Source: a bacterium (GTDB lineage: Bacteria; RBG-13-61-14; DATKZS01). Taken from it: a DNA stretch of 64,000 nt. The stretch lies in the NCBI GenBank assembly GCA_963674965.2, contig CAXXFL010000003.1:32001-96000 (forward strand), written 5' to 3'. The stretch's first letter is position 1, and every line of letters begins with the position of its first letter. The position numbers and the translations under genes are program-made. Positions 20,916-30,654 of this stretch are shown piece by piece. The notes under the pieces are model-generated. The model worked only from the letters and a program-made list of their open reading frames with translations. It ran no database searches and was not told the DNA's origin.

Positions 20916-22109
20916 ATGAAAAAGGCCGCTTTATTTCTTGGCGCCTTGGCGCTGTCCCTGGCCGCGGCGGAAATCGTTCTTCGCCTGTCGCCCTCCTTTT
21001 CATGTCGTGAGCGCGTCCTGATGAGACGTGAATTCCTCGCCCTGACGAGGTTCGACTCGAAGTACGGCCTGACCTTCGTGCCCAACGCCGACCGCGTCTG
21101 GGACTTCCCCGGTCCGAAGGGATCGGAGGCCACCATACGTTTTAGGACCGTTCCGGTCCCGGGAGTGCCCGACGTCGGCGTCCGGGGAGACCCCATCGAC
21201 GAGGACGCCAAAAAAAGGCTCCTCGTCTTTGGCGACTCCTTTACCTTCGGAGCGGCCGCGGAAAAGAACCAAATATGGATCGAGCGCCTCGAGGCGAGAC
21301 GAGAGGGCGTGGAGTTCGTAAACCTCGCCCTGCCGGGTGGCATATCCAAGAGCGTTATGCTCTACGAGGAAATGGGGGCCTCCCTTCCCCACGACGCCGT
21401 CATTTATCAGATGTACATGGGAAACGAGTTCTGGGACAACATGATAGCCTGGCAGGTACAAAACGGCGTCATCGCTCCAATGCCGGAGGTGGAGAACAGG
21501 CTGGGAGAGATGTCGATCGCGGCCCGGTTGTCCGAGAGCTGCGCGTTCCTTTGCGGGGCGCTCTCCATCCTGGACCGGCGTTTCGATATGGACCTTTTCA
21601 ACGCCGAGGAAACGATCGAGGCCATCGAGTATAAGCCGGAAAACATGGGGTACAGAGTGGATGGATACGGGGCCTTCATGACGCGGCCGAGGAACAGGAT
21701 CGGACTCTCGGTCTGCCTGCCGGGCAAGGACCGGGACCTGGAGGTCGGGATCGAATGGACCCGAAAGTCCATGGAGGCCATGCAAAGGAAAGCGGACGAG
21801 CTGGCAAAGGGAAGGCTTCTGGTGGTTTTGTTCCCCTTTAAGGAGCAGGTGTATTTCGATCTCATCCGCGACGAGGTGGTCCCTGGAGTTCAGCCTCGTC
21901 TGCCCAATGATATAATACTGGACGAGTGCAAGGCGCGCAAAATAAAGTGTCTTGATATTCTGCCCGCCCTGGCGGCGGACCGGGATGAACCTTTATACTG
22001 GGACTATGACCCTCATTTCAGGCCGCTTGGCCACGAGAAGGCGGCCCTCGCGGTCGAGGGGGAACTTATAGAGCTTGGCTGGCTTGAAGGGGAACAAGTG
22101 GAGGAATAA
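20916..22109 (+). CDS. SGNH/GDSL hydrolase-fold protein (AlgX/AlgJ-like), membrane anchored
   Basis: N-terminal helix ending AEIVLRL; FGDSFTFG, VNLALPG, GNEF, DPHFRPLGH. Confidence 0.8.
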   Translation: MKKAALFLGALALSLAAAEIVLRLSPSFSCRERVLMRREFLALTRFDSKYGLTFVPNADRVWDFPGPKGSEATIRFRTVPVPGVPDVGVRGDPIDEDAKKRLLVFGDSFTFGAAAEKNQIWIERLEARREGVEFVNLALPGGISKSVMLYEEMGASLPHDAVIYQMYMGNEFWDNMIAWQVQNGVIAPMPEVENRLGEMSIAARLSESCAFLCGALSILDRRFDMDLFNAEETIEAIEYKPENMGYRVDGYGAFMTRPRNRIGLSVCLPGKDRDLEVGIEWTRKSMEAMQRKADELAKGRLLVVLFPFKEQVYFDLIRDEVVPGVQPRLPNDIILDECKARKIKCLDILPALAADRDEPLYWDYDPHFRPLGHEKAALAVEGELIELGWLEGEQVEE

Positions 22110-23324
22110 ATGAAGACCCGATCGGCGCTTATCTTCATGACTTTCGTTTTTATCGCCTTGCCCGCGGCGGCCGCGGCCCCGGGGACCGTTCGGTTCCGGG
22201 TTATCGCGCCCTCCTCACCCGTGACCGACGTATACACGCCCGCGGCCATCATGGCGGTTTACGAGTCAGGCGAGATAGCCGCGGGCTATAGGGGCGACGT
22301 CTGGCTATGGACGGACTATCCCTGGGTCAACCCCTACCACCTGGTGATGAAGCCCGAGCATAAGGGGATAATAGTGACGCCCATGAAGTTCAACCTGCCC
22401 GTCATGCAGAGGATCGAGGCTTACGATCCGCCCAGCCCGTCCGTGCACGCCTGGTCTAACGCGGTGTCGCCGGTAAAGCCCGACTTTAAGGGCTATCGCC
22501 TCTTCTGGGGAGTGATGGAAGGCGGCGACGATCCGGTCCCCGACTTCCGCGTCGCCGATAAGGACGGGCCGAAACGGGCCGAGGCGAAAAGAAGGGCCGT
22601 GGAGGGACCGCTCGAGCTTCGGTCCGTCAAAGCCCGGTACCGTCACGAGACCTGGATCGTCATTCCCGATCCGTCCCTGGAGGAGGCCGAGCAAAACCGG
22701 ATACTCGAGGACATGGAGGGAGCCAGGACGGACGGGGCCGCGCTCGAGGCCGTCCGCCGGATGGAGCCAAAGATCGCGCTTATCCGGGGCGACCTCGGCT
22801 CGGGACCTTATCGCTCCCGGAACCTTATACCCGAGGGCCTGGCCATGGTCGGTAAGCCCGGCCCTCCCTCCCCGGGAGGAAGGATGGCCGGGGCCCACAA
22901 GGAAAAAATCTCCTCCACCGACCTCGAGCATATCAAGGCGGTCATACCCGACCGTTCCGGCTATATCGGGGTCTGGGCAAAATCGGACAAGCCCTCCGAT
23001 ATTTGGGAGGGACTGAAGAGCGGCCGGGCCTACGCCGCGTGGGGCTCTCGCGTCATCATCGACTGGGTGAACGGCCCGGGGCTGACCGTCGCGGGCAACG
23101 GGCCGCGCGAGGAAATCGAGGTCATGGCCGTGGATGGAGGCGCGGCCAGGAAAGTGGCCGGGGAGGCGACGGACGGCTACGTTCTGAAGATGGGGCCCGA
23201 GGCGATGAGGAAGGTCCCGTCCGGGAGCGCGGCGCTCATAAGCGTCTCCGAGCCCTGGTCGCCAACCGGCGCGAGCGCCATGGCCTATGTGGGCCTTGAT
23301 TCCGGGAATCCCTTGGACCCGTAG
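22110..23324 (+). CDS. Secreted hypothetical protein with degenerate PHP/DUF3604-like motifs
   Basis: Signal peptide; YRLFWG and SGYIGVWA...IWEGLKSGRAYAAWGSRV; abuts the upstream stop. Confidence 0.55.
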   Translation: MKTRSALIFMTFVFIALPAAAAAPGTVRFRVIAPSSPVTDVYTPAAIMAVYESGEIAAGYRGDVWLWTDYPWVNPYHLVMKPEHKGIIVTPMKFNLPVMQRIEAYDPPSPSVHAWSNAVSPVKPDFKGYRLFWGVMEGGDDPVPDFRVADKDGPKRAEAKRRAVEGPLELRSVKARYRHETWIVIPDPSLEEAEQNRILEDMEGARTDGAALEAVRRMEPKIALIRGDLGSGPYRSRNLIPEGLAMVGKPGPPSPGGRMAGAHKEKISSTDLEHIKAVIPDRSGYIGVWAKSDKPSDIWEGLKSGRAYAAWGSRVIIDWVNGPGLTVAGNGPREEIEVMAVDGGAARKVAGEATDGYVLKMGPEAMRKVPSGSAALISVSEPWSPTGASAMAYVGLDSGNPLDP

Positions 23325-23520
23325 TCGGCCGCGGGTTAAAAGCTCTTCCAATCCGCAAAAAGTGGAAACGCGAAATGGATGGCCGACGCGCTTGGAAAAA
23401 TGAGTTGAAATCAAAAGCGCAAATGATATTATCCGGTTTTAGGTACTCGCATAAAAGACGGATTCAGGCGCCTGGTCGCCGATAGAGGACGGAGGTCTTG
23501 AATTTAAAGGAGCGTATTGA

Positions 23521-24072
23521 ATGATCCCGGAAAAGCAAAGAAAGTTTTTGGAAAATTACGAGGGGACCTGCAAGGGCCGCTATCATATCGCCTACCTTAC
23601 CATCCTGGGCATAGCCGGCGGCGCGAAGATGAAGATCGAGGCCATCGAGAAGTACGGACGGGAGAACTACTCGCCGGAAAAGATGTACCCCATCAGGGAG
23701 GCGGCCCAGATCATTCACCACGGCATGGCCAACGGCGTGCCGGCGGAGCGCATGGGCCGCATGGTGGCCCAGTCCTATAAAAGAAGCGCGCCCGAAGTGT
23801 TCGACAATCTGACCCATGACCGGGTCATCGACTTGATACTCCTGGCTTACTCCTCCGAGACCGACGTGGGAAACATGCTCACCCTCGAGCGTCGGGAGCC
23901 GGGACGGGCCATCATCTCTAGAAAAAACAGCGCCCAGCCCTGCGATTTCTTCCTGGGCGTCATCAAAGGCGGCTTCGAGATAGCCGACCTCACCGCCGAG
24001 GTCAGGGAAATCGAGTGCCAGTGGAAAGCGAACGACCCCAAGTGCCTTTACGAGATAATATGGAAGACGTGA
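23521..24072 (+). CDS. Hypothetical protein, V4R-like small-ligand-binding fold
   Basis: PCDFFLGVIKG...VREIECQW..DPKCLYEIIW C-terminal pattern; RBS AAGGAG. Confidence 0.65.
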   Translation: MIPEKQRKFLENYEGTCKGRYHIAYLTILGIAGGAKMKIEAIEKYGRENYSPEKMYPIREAAQIIHHGMANGVPAERMGRMVAQSYKRSAPEVFDNLTHDRVIDLILLAYSSETDVGNMLTLERREPGRAIISRKNSAQPCDFFLGVIKGGFEIADLTAEVREIECQWKANDPKCLYEIIWKT

Positions 24073-24193
24073 TCGATATTCGAAAACGCTTTGGCCGCAT
24101 TTATCGGTCTTTTCTTCGGCCGGGGAATTAATGTATCATTTAGAATGAGCGGTCACGTCGGGAAAAAGGCCGCTCTCTTGGGCGGCGCGCGCT

Positions 24194-24916
24194 TTGAAAG
24201 AAAACGGATACAGCTCGAAAAGGATGGCCTGGTCCATCGTCCTTTCCCTGGGGCTCAACCTGGGAATGGTCGCCTGGGCGGGAGGGTTCCTCGAAAATAA
24301 ACCCAACCCTTCCACGCGCCTCGAGGTGGACCTCATGCTCCTGGCCCCTCCCGCGCCGGAGCCGGAAAAAGCCGCGCCCGCGCCTTTGCCGCCCCAGCCC
24401 GAGCCCACGCCGCCCGAGCCGAAAAAGGAAAAACCCCAACCCCGGCCCAAGCCGGTCAAAAAAAACCGGCCCGCCGTTAAGAGGAAACCTCCCGAGAAGC
24501 CCAAACCGAAAGCCGAGCCCGTTCCCGCTCCGGACGCTCCCGCGCCGCCGTCCAGCGTGGCGGACGCCTCGGCCAAGCCGAGTCCGGGCAAGAAGGCCTT
24601 GGGGGAGCCGAGGCCCGTATCCAAAAGCTGCATCTCGGGTTACGCCGGCAAAATCCACTCCCGCATAGCTCGGGCCAAGCGGTATCCTCACTCGGCCCGC
24701 GCCGCCGGCGAGGAGGGGACGGTCAAGGTCAAGTTTACCGTCGGTCCCACCGGCTCCGTCAGTGGGATCAGGGTGGCGAAAAGCTCGGGTTTTGCCTCCC
24801 TCGATCAGGCGGCGATAGACGCCGTCAGCCGCGCCGCGCCCTTTCCCCCGCTGCCCGCCTGCGTGGGACGCGACAGTCTCACCCTTCGGCTCTCGGTGTC
24901 CTTCCATCTGAACTGA
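24194..24916 (+). CDS. Energy transducer TonB family protein
   Basis: N-terminal TM helix, Pro/Lys-rich spacer, YP..AR..GEEGTVKVKF...SSG..SLDQAA. Confidence 0.88.
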   Translation: MKENGYSSKRMAWSIVLSLGLNLGMVAWAGGFLENKPNPSTRLEVDLMLLAPPAPEPEKAAPAPLPPQPEPTPPEPKKEKPQPRPKPVKKNRPAVKRKPPEKPKPKAEPVPAPDAPAPPSSVADASAKPSPGKKALGEPRPVSKSCISGYAGKIHSRIARAKRYPHSARAAGEEGTVKVKFTVGPTGSVSGIRVAKSSGFASLDQAAIDAVSRAAPFPPLPACVGRDSLTLRLSVSFHLN

Positions 24917-24928
24917 TCCTTCGGCCCT

Positions 24929-24974
24929 GGAACTTTTTCGCCCATCAAGCCTCGAAACCCCGGTTGCAACCGGG
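24929..24974 (+). promoter_or_regulatory. Putative sigmaE-like promoter plus palindromic operator upstream of the ClpX paralog
   Basis: GGAACTT-N16-TCGAA followed by perfect 16-bp palindrome CCCGGTTGCAACCGGG (24959-24974). Confidence 0.45.
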
Positions 24975-25014
24975 ATTTATTACCACTACCATAGGCTTTG
25001 AAAGGGGCGCACAA

Positions 25015-26121
25015 ATGGGCAAGGAAAAACCAAATCCGGATACTTTCGCCGCGCGGACCCCCAGGTCCATCTTCGAGGCCCTGGACCAATACGTGATCGG
25101 TCAGGACCGGGCCAAGCGGACCTTGTCCATCGCCGCCTACAACCACTTCAAGCGCATAAGGCGCCAGCTCGAAACCGCGGGTCCCACGCTCGACCGGGAG
25201 GGGGACCTGACCGAGGACCCCAAAGCCTCGGCCGCGCCCATCCGCAAATCCAACGTGCTCTTGATCGGACCCAGCGGGTGCGGCAAGACCCACCTGGCCC
25301 GCCACCTGGCCCGGATACTGAACGTCCCCCTCAGCGTGGTGGACGCCACCGAGTACACCGAGGCCGGTTACTACGGCAAGGACGTCGAGGTCATGCTGGG
25401 AGAGCTGCTTTACGCCTCGGACATGGACGTGGACATGGCCCAGCGCGGCATCGTGTTCATGGACGAGATCGACAAGATAGCCCGCCGGAACCACGGGGCC
25501 AGGACCGGCGCCGGCTCGCGCGACATCGGAGGCGAGGGAGTGCAGCAGTCCCTCTTGAAGCTTCTGGAGGGGACAACCGTCTTCGTGCCCTATAACATCA
25601 CTCAGCACTGGAGCAAGCACGACTTCGTGCAGATGGACACCACCAACGTGCTGTTTATCTGCGCCGGGACCTTCACGGACATGCAAAGGGGCTCGTTCGC
25701 GAGAAAGTCCGGATTCAAGGACCCCGGGGCGGAAGAGGGAGGGAACGCGCCCGCGGCCGAGCGGGTAAGCGTCGAGGACCTCCTCCAATACGGGATGATC
25801 GCAGAGCTGGTGGGCCGGCTGCCGGTCATGGTCGAGATGAGCGAGCTGACCGAGAGCGACCTGGTCCGCGTCATGACCGAGCCCCCCGACGCGCTCCTGA
25901 AGGAATACGCCGAGCTTCTGGGCATGGACGGAATCGGGCTCGAGCTCACGGAGGGGGCGCTCCATGAGATCGCCCACTTCGCTCGCCGCAAGAAGCTGGG
26001 AGCCCGAGCCCTTCGCGGCATTTTCGAGGACGTCATGCACGACTACATGTTCGAGGCCCCCGAGCTGGCGGGCCGCCGGATAGTCATCGGCGAGTCCGAG
26101 GTCCAAAAGAAGCTCGGCTGA
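25015..26121 (+). CDS. clpX: ClpX-family AAA+ ATPase lacking the N-terminal zinc-binding domain
   Basis: LDQYVIGQDRAK, AYNHFKR, KSNVLLIGPSGCGKT, DATEYTEAGYYG, DEIDKI, GEGVQQSLLKLLEG, LGARALR. Confidence 0.85.
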   Translation: MGKEKPNPDTFAARTPRSIFEALDQYVIGQDRAKRTLSIAAYNHFKRIRRQLETAGPTLDREGDLTEDPKASAAPIRKSNVLLIGPSGCGKTHLARHLARILNVPLSVVDATEYTEAGYYGKDVEVMLGELLYASDMDVDMAQRGIVFMDEIDKIARRNHGARTGAGSRDIGGEGVQQSLLKLLEGTTVFVPYNITQHWSKHDFVQMDTTNVLFICAGTFTDMQRGSFARKSGFKDPGAEEGGNAPAAERVSVEDLLQYGMIAELVGRLPVMVEMSELTESDLVRVMTEPPDALLKEYAELLGMDGIGLELTEGALHEIAHFARRKKLGARALRGIFEDVMHDYMFEAPELAGRRIVIGESEVQKKLG

Positions 26122-26123
26122 CC

Positions 26124-26597
26124 ATGCCCGTGAAAAAACTTGGCATTGACGACCTTGACGAGGTCGCCGTCCTGGACGAGGAATGTTTCCCTCCCGACGT
26201 GGCCTTTCCAGAGGAAGTCTTTTTAGGCTGCCTGCTCGATCCCTCCTGCATCTGCGCCGGGATCGAGGAAAAGGGACGCCTGGTGGCCTTCTCCATCGTG
26301 CATCGGAGCGGCCCCCGCGCCTTCAACCTGGTCACCCTCGACGTGCATCCGGACTTCAGGGGCAAGGGCAAAGCCAAGGCCCTCCTCGACGAGATCGAAA
26401 AGGAAGCCCGCCGCCTCGAGATCAAAAGGATCACCCTCCAGGTGGACGTGAACAACCTTACCGCCATCGGCCTCTACGAAAAACGCGGATTCAAGAAGAA
26501 GTCCTTCTTGAAAAACTACTACAAGACCGGAGGACACGCCTACTTGATGGATAAAGTATTCGATACCACCCATGCCCCCGAAGGGAACGGATGCTGA
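26124..26597 (+). CDS. GNAT N-acetyltransferase (RimI-like)
   Basis: LDVHPDFRGKGKA, LQVDVNN..AIGLYEKRGF, KNYY. Confidence 0.88.
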   Translation: MPVKKLGIDDLDEVAVLDEECFPPDVAFPEEVFLGCLLDPSCICAGIEEKGRLVAFSIVHRSGPRAFNLVTLDVHPDFRGKGKAKALLDEIEKEARRLEIKRITLQVDVNNLTAIGLYEKRGFKKKSFLKNYYKTGGHAYLMDKVFDTTHAPEGNGC

Positions 26598-26906
26598 TAG
26601 CGGTAGTATTGCGAGCCGCGGCCGTTCAAATTTTTCTCCTTCGGGTGACCGGGCCCCGGCCGCGTTGTTTTGGCCTGACTGTGCCTTTTGAGCAAGGTTT
26701 CCTATTTCCGCCAAAGGGCGTTAAGGCGAAAAGGATAACGGAGGACGTCCCCGATTGTGCCGGCGAAATCGGGCTTTTTCCAATAAGGAGAAACCCCCGA
26801 CTCGTGATAAGATCATGGATAGAAGGAGAGGCCGCAAGGCATGGATTATTAGATGGAGCTGGCGCCGGGACTGGATGAGGCGCCATTTAGCCCGGGAGGG
26901 AGGGTA

Positions 26907-27350
26907 ATGAAAAGGATAGGCATAATCATCTGCGACCGTTATCGGAGTTGCGGCGGCGGCAAATGTTTCCGTTCGCTTCGGGAGCGTCGGGGCGGTTTTT
27001 CCGTGTATCCGGCGGACGAGCCGATCGAGGTCGTGGGTTTTTCGAGTTGCGGCGGATGTCCGGGCGGCAATATCGAATACGTTCCGGAGGAGATGAAGAA
27101 GAACGGGGCCGACGTCATTCACCTGGCCACGGGTTTCGTGGTCGGCTATCCACCCTGTCCATATATCCGGGACTTCAAGTCTTTCATCGAGACGAAGTAC
27201 GGTATTCCAGTGGTAGTGGGGACCCATCCCGTGCCGATGAAGTATCTGGAAACCCACCAGGGCCTTCCCTTCTGGAAGGAATCCCGCATGGAGGAGATCG
27301 CGGGGCCGCTCCTTGCCGAGGCCCCGGAGATCATGGAAGACTATAACTGA
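26907..27350 (+). CDS. CGGC domain metal-binding protein
   Basis: IGIIIC...CGGGKCF, SCGGCPG, IHLATG..GYPPCP, VVGTH. Confidence 0.88.
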   Translation: MKRIGIIICDRYRSCGGGKCFRSLRERRGGFSVYPADEPIEVVGFSSCGGCPGGNIEYVPEEMKKNGADVIHLATGFVVGYPPCPYIRDFKSFIETKYGIPVVVGTHPVPMKYLETHQGLPFWKESRMEEIAGPLLAEAPEIMEDYN

Positions 27351-27564
27351 AAATAGGCCGCTCGCCGGCTTCTTCGCGGTTATCCGGTCCTCACCCTCCC
27401 GCCAGTTGGCGCCGGCGGCTTTCACTCGCGAACGCCGCCGGGTTCACGCCGCGGCATTCATTGACGCCGTTTTTCGCCGATGATAAGATCGCTTTAATTG
27501 ACAAGGCACGCCGATAATCGCCGCGTCTTATTATTCCGAAAAGATAAGCAAAGGGGTGCAGCCA

Positions 27565-29028
27565 ATGGTTGACGAACAAAATGGGGACGTGAAGACCTAC
27601 TTGAACTACGTGGGGGGCGAATGGGTCGAGTCGTCCACCGGGGAGCTCATCGCCAGCCTTGACCCCGCCACGGGGGAAGTGGTGGCCAAGGTCCAGAAGT
27701 CCGGACCCGAGGACATGGAAAAGGCCATCGCCGCGGCGCGGCAAGCCTTCGAGACCGCGGACTGGTCCGTTGACCCGAGGGTCCGCCAGATCGCGTTGTC
27801 TCAGTATGGGAAACTCCTGAGGGACAAGCGGGATTCCCTGGCCGAGCTGTTGTCGCGGGAAAACGGCAAGACCCTCATCGAGGCGAAGGGCAGCATCGGC
27901 GGCGCCATCGACCTCGTCTCCTATTACGCGGGAGCGGCCCGGCAGGTCTACGGCAGCTCGGCCTCCATGTCCGCGAAGTCCTACTCGGTGGTCCTCCGCG
28001 AGGCCGTCGGCGTGGTCGGGTCCATCGTCCCCTGGAACTGGCCGGCCTATCTTCTGATGCGCGACCTGGCCCCGGCGCTGGCGGCCGGGAACGCGATCGT
28101 CATCAAGCCCGCCAGCTACACCCCCGCCATTTGCGCGGAGTGTATCGAGATACTTGCCCAGATCAAGGCCATCCCCAAGGGCATCGTTAACTTCGTGACG
28201 GGGGCCGGCTCCGTGGTGGGAGAGGTCCTGGCCGCGAGCGAGGAAGTGGACATGATCGCCTTCACCGGTGACGGTTCCACCGGGGCCCGGATCACGCAAG
28301 TGGCGGCCCCCACCCAGAAGAAGCTGGCCATGGAACTGGGCGGCAAGTCGCCCAATATTATCTTCGAGGACGCCAACCTGAAAAAGGCCATACCCGGCTC
28401 GATCTGGGCCTTCCTAACCACGGCCGGACAGGTTTGCATGGCCGGGACCCGGCTGATCGTGCAGGAATCGATCTATGACGAGGTATGCTCCAAGTTGAAG
28501 GACGGGATCGAGAAGCTCAAGGTCGGCCGCGGCCTGGAGGAGGGGACCAACGTCCCTCCCCTGGTGGCCGAGTCGCAGCTCGAGACGGTGATGAAATACA
28601 TCGAGATCGGCAAGAGGGAAGGCAAGGTCTTAACCGGCGGCCACCGTCTGGCCGGCGGGGATTACGACAAGGGCTGGTTCGTGGCCCCCACCGTTTTCAC
28701 CGACCTCCCGCCCGACTCGAGGGTGGTCCAGGAAGAGGTGTTCGGTCCGGTCCTGGTGGTCCAGAAATTCCAGACCGAGGAGGAGGCCATAGCCATCGCG
28801 AACGGGACCAGGTACGGACTGGCCGGCGCGGTGTGGACCCAGAACTTGAGCCGCGCCATGCGGGTCTCCCGCAAGCTTAAGGCCGGGACCGTCTGGATCA
28901 ACGCCTATAACCAGCTCTTCGCCGACGTCGAGTTCGGCGGCTACAAGGCAAGCGGGAACGGCAGGATGTGCGGCCTCCAGGGACTGTACGAGTTCACCGA
29001 GCTTAAACACCTTAACTTCAACCCGTGA
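27565..29028 (+). CDS. Aldehyde dehydrogenase
   Basis: PWNWP, KPAS, FTG, MELGGKSP (catalytic Glu), GQVCMAG (catalytic Cys), EEVFGP. Confidence 0.95.
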   Translation: MVDEQNGDVKTYLNYVGGEWVESSTGELIASLDPATGEVVAKVQKSGPEDMEKAIAAARQAFETADWSVDPRVRQIALSQYGKLLRDKRDSLAELLSRENGKTLIEAKGSIGGAIDLVSYYAGAARQVYGSSASMSAKSYSVVLREAVGVVGSIVPWNWPAYLLMRDLAPALAAGNAIVIKPASYTPAICAECIEILAQIKAIPKGIVNFVTGAGSVVGEVLAASEEVDMIAFTGDGSTGARITQVAAPTQKKLAMELGGKSPNIIFEDANLKKAIPGSIWAFLTTAGQVCMAGTRLIVQESIYDEVCSKLKDGIEKLKVGRGLEEGTNVPPLVAESQLETVMKYIEIGKREGKVLTGGHRLAGGDYDKGWFVAPTVFTDLPPDSRVVQEEVFGPVLVVQKFQTEEEAIAIANGTRYGLAGAVWTQNLSRAMRVSRKLKAGTVWINAYNQLFADVEFGGYKASGNGRMCGLQGLYEFTELKHLNFNP

Positions 29029-29081
29029 AAGGGGGACGGACCCGCGCCCGCCCGGCCGGCCGGCCCGATTGGAGATAAAAG

Positions 29082-29522
29082 ATGGGACACGATGACGCGC
29101 CGTTTTTTTCCAAAAAGCACCCGGCGGGAGAGACGGCCGACCCCTCCGCCGCCGAGGCCGTAAGAGTGAAAGCGGGCCCGGACGGCGTCGCTTGCGCCTC
29201 GGCCTTCAAGGTGGCGGCCGACCTCGATATAAGCCCGGCCGAGGTGGGCAAGACCATCGACCTCTTGGACCTCAAGCTGACCAGGTGCCAACTGGGACTC
29301 TTCGGTTACCCAGGGCAAAGAATGGTCTTCGAGCCGGTCACGCTCGAGTCGATTCCCGCCGGCCTCAAAGCCGCCATCGCCGAAAGCCTTGAGAACGGAC
29401 GCCTCCCCTGCCAAGGCGCCTGGAGGATCGCCGAGCGACTGGGCCTAAAAAAGATGGAAGTCGCCGCCGCCGCCGACTCGATGGGCGTAAAGATCAAGCC
29501 CTGCCAGCTCGGGGCTTTTTAA
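29082..29522 (+). CDS. Hypothetical Cys-containing protein with two internal repeats
   Basis: C..AF..A...CQLGLFG repeated as C..AW..A...CQLGAF; RBS GGAG. Confidence 0.75.
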   Translation: MGHDDAPFFSKKHPAGETADPSAAEAVRVKAGPDGVACASAFKVAADLDISPAEVGKTIDLLDLKLTRCQLGLFGYPGQRMVFEPVTLESIPAGLKAAIAESLENGRLPCQGAWRIAERLGLKKMEVAAAADSMGVKIKPCQLGAF

Positions 29523-29628
29523 CGTTTATCCTTTCATCAATTCGCCGGCGCCGCGGCCTCAAGCCGAGGCGCGTCCCTTCCCCGGGGCTATCGGTCGAAG
29601 AGGACGTATCGAAAAAAGTCCATGGAAT

Positions 29629-29814
29629 GAGCTTCTTGCAAAAGTCTTTTTCTTGGCGGCATAGCCGCTTTGGAGCGCTCTCGCTTGAGACCGATTTCTA
29701 TGGCCTTGGCTTGACAAGACCTAACAAGAAAACGGCTTGCCTCGCGTCAAGCCGCTCGGAAGAAAAGCGGCGTCGAGCCGCCGCACTCCAAAGCTGGACT
29801 TTTGCAAGTGGCTC
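29629..29814. mobile_element. MITE (non-autonomous IS derivative) carrying a REP-like hairpin
   Basis: TIRs GAGCTTCTTGCAAAAGTC / GACTTTTGCAAGTGGCTC (16/18 match); GAAT duplicated at 29625-29628 and 29815-29818; no transposase. Confidence 0.8.
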
Positions 29815-29837
29815 GAATAACAAAGATTCAGCTCAGG

Positions 29838-30011
29838 TTATGACCGCTCGGACAGTCTTTCTTTTATTTCCGTGATTTCCGCTTCCAGTTCCTCAATTTC
29901 CATTATTTGACTCGGCCTTATCGAGTGCGCGGGCAGGGCCCGCTCGCGGTCGGCAAGTTCTTCTTGAAGTTCTTTTAGCCTGTCTTGAAGCTGTTTTTCT
30001 TCGGCGCTCAT
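29838..30011 (-). CDS. Small coiled-coil protein with LPAHS motif
   Basis: Helical hairpin LADRERALPAHSIRPSQIMEIEELE; RBS GGAGG. Confidence 0.65.
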   Translation of the reverse strand: MSAEEKQLQDRLKELQEELADRERALPAHSIRPSQIMEIEELEAEITEIKERLSERS

Positions 30012-30074
30012 CGTCTTTTCCTCCCTGTTCATAAGGATGAAAAGCGACCCGAAGAGTTACGCGGCGAGGATAAA

Positions 30075-30608
30075 TCAGGACTCGTGCTCGAGCTCGACGT
30101 CCACGTTCCGGTCCTCCGCCAACTCGAAGAGGTCCTCCTTAAGGCGCCGTATCCGGACCTCCGCGGGGATGGAGAGCCTGGCCTCGAGGGTGAACACGGG
30201 GGCCCCGGAGACGGGCGCGGGCGTGACCTTGGTGTCCATGGCCTCGACGTTGACCTTGTGCCTGACCAGGACCTTGGAGACGTGATGCACGATGCCGGGA
30301 TGGTCCATGCCCGACACCTCGAGGCGGTAGGGAAGGCTGGCGGGCCCCTGCCGCTCGCTCGGGCCCCGGGTATTCTTGCTGAAGACCGTGAGACCCGTGG
30401 CCTTCTCGAGAGCGGACGCGTCTTCCACCAGGGCCCTGGCGGCCTCGGTCTCGCCCGAGACCAGGGCCAGGATGGCGAACTCGCCGCCCAGGACCGCCAT
30501 GCGGCTCTTCTCGATGTTGAAGCCCCGATCGGACAAGAAGGCCGAAAGGTCGTCCACGATCCCCGTCCGGTCGGGGCCCACCGCCGATATCAATACGTAG
30601 TCGCTCAT
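30075..30608 (-). CDS. Tandem ACT-domain protein, GcvR-like
   Basis: VGPDRTGIV..LS...NIEKSRMAVLGGEF; GMDHPGIV..VS; APVSGAPVF. Confidence 0.85.
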   Translation of the reverse strand: MSDYVLISAVGPDRTGIVDDLSAFLSDRGFNIEKSRMAVLGGEFAILALVSGETEAARALVEDASALEKATGLTVFSKNTRGPSERQGPASLPYRLEVSGMDHPGIVHHVSKVLVRHKVNVEAMDTKVTPAPVSGAPVFTLEARLSIPAEVRIRRLKEDLFELAEDRNVDVELEHES

Positions 30609-30654
30609 CTCACGCTCCAGGTCCCTCAAAAAATTCCGGCCCGCGGCCGAGGTT

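Noticed and set aside
23325-23520. Possible riboswitch upstream of the V4R-like gene
   Set aside because: Only a weak hairpin; no recognisable aptamer consensus such as c-di-GMP, SAM or cobalamin.
29627-29875. 82-aa ORF within the MITE
   Set aside because: No transposase motifs; an incidental frame across a non-coding element.
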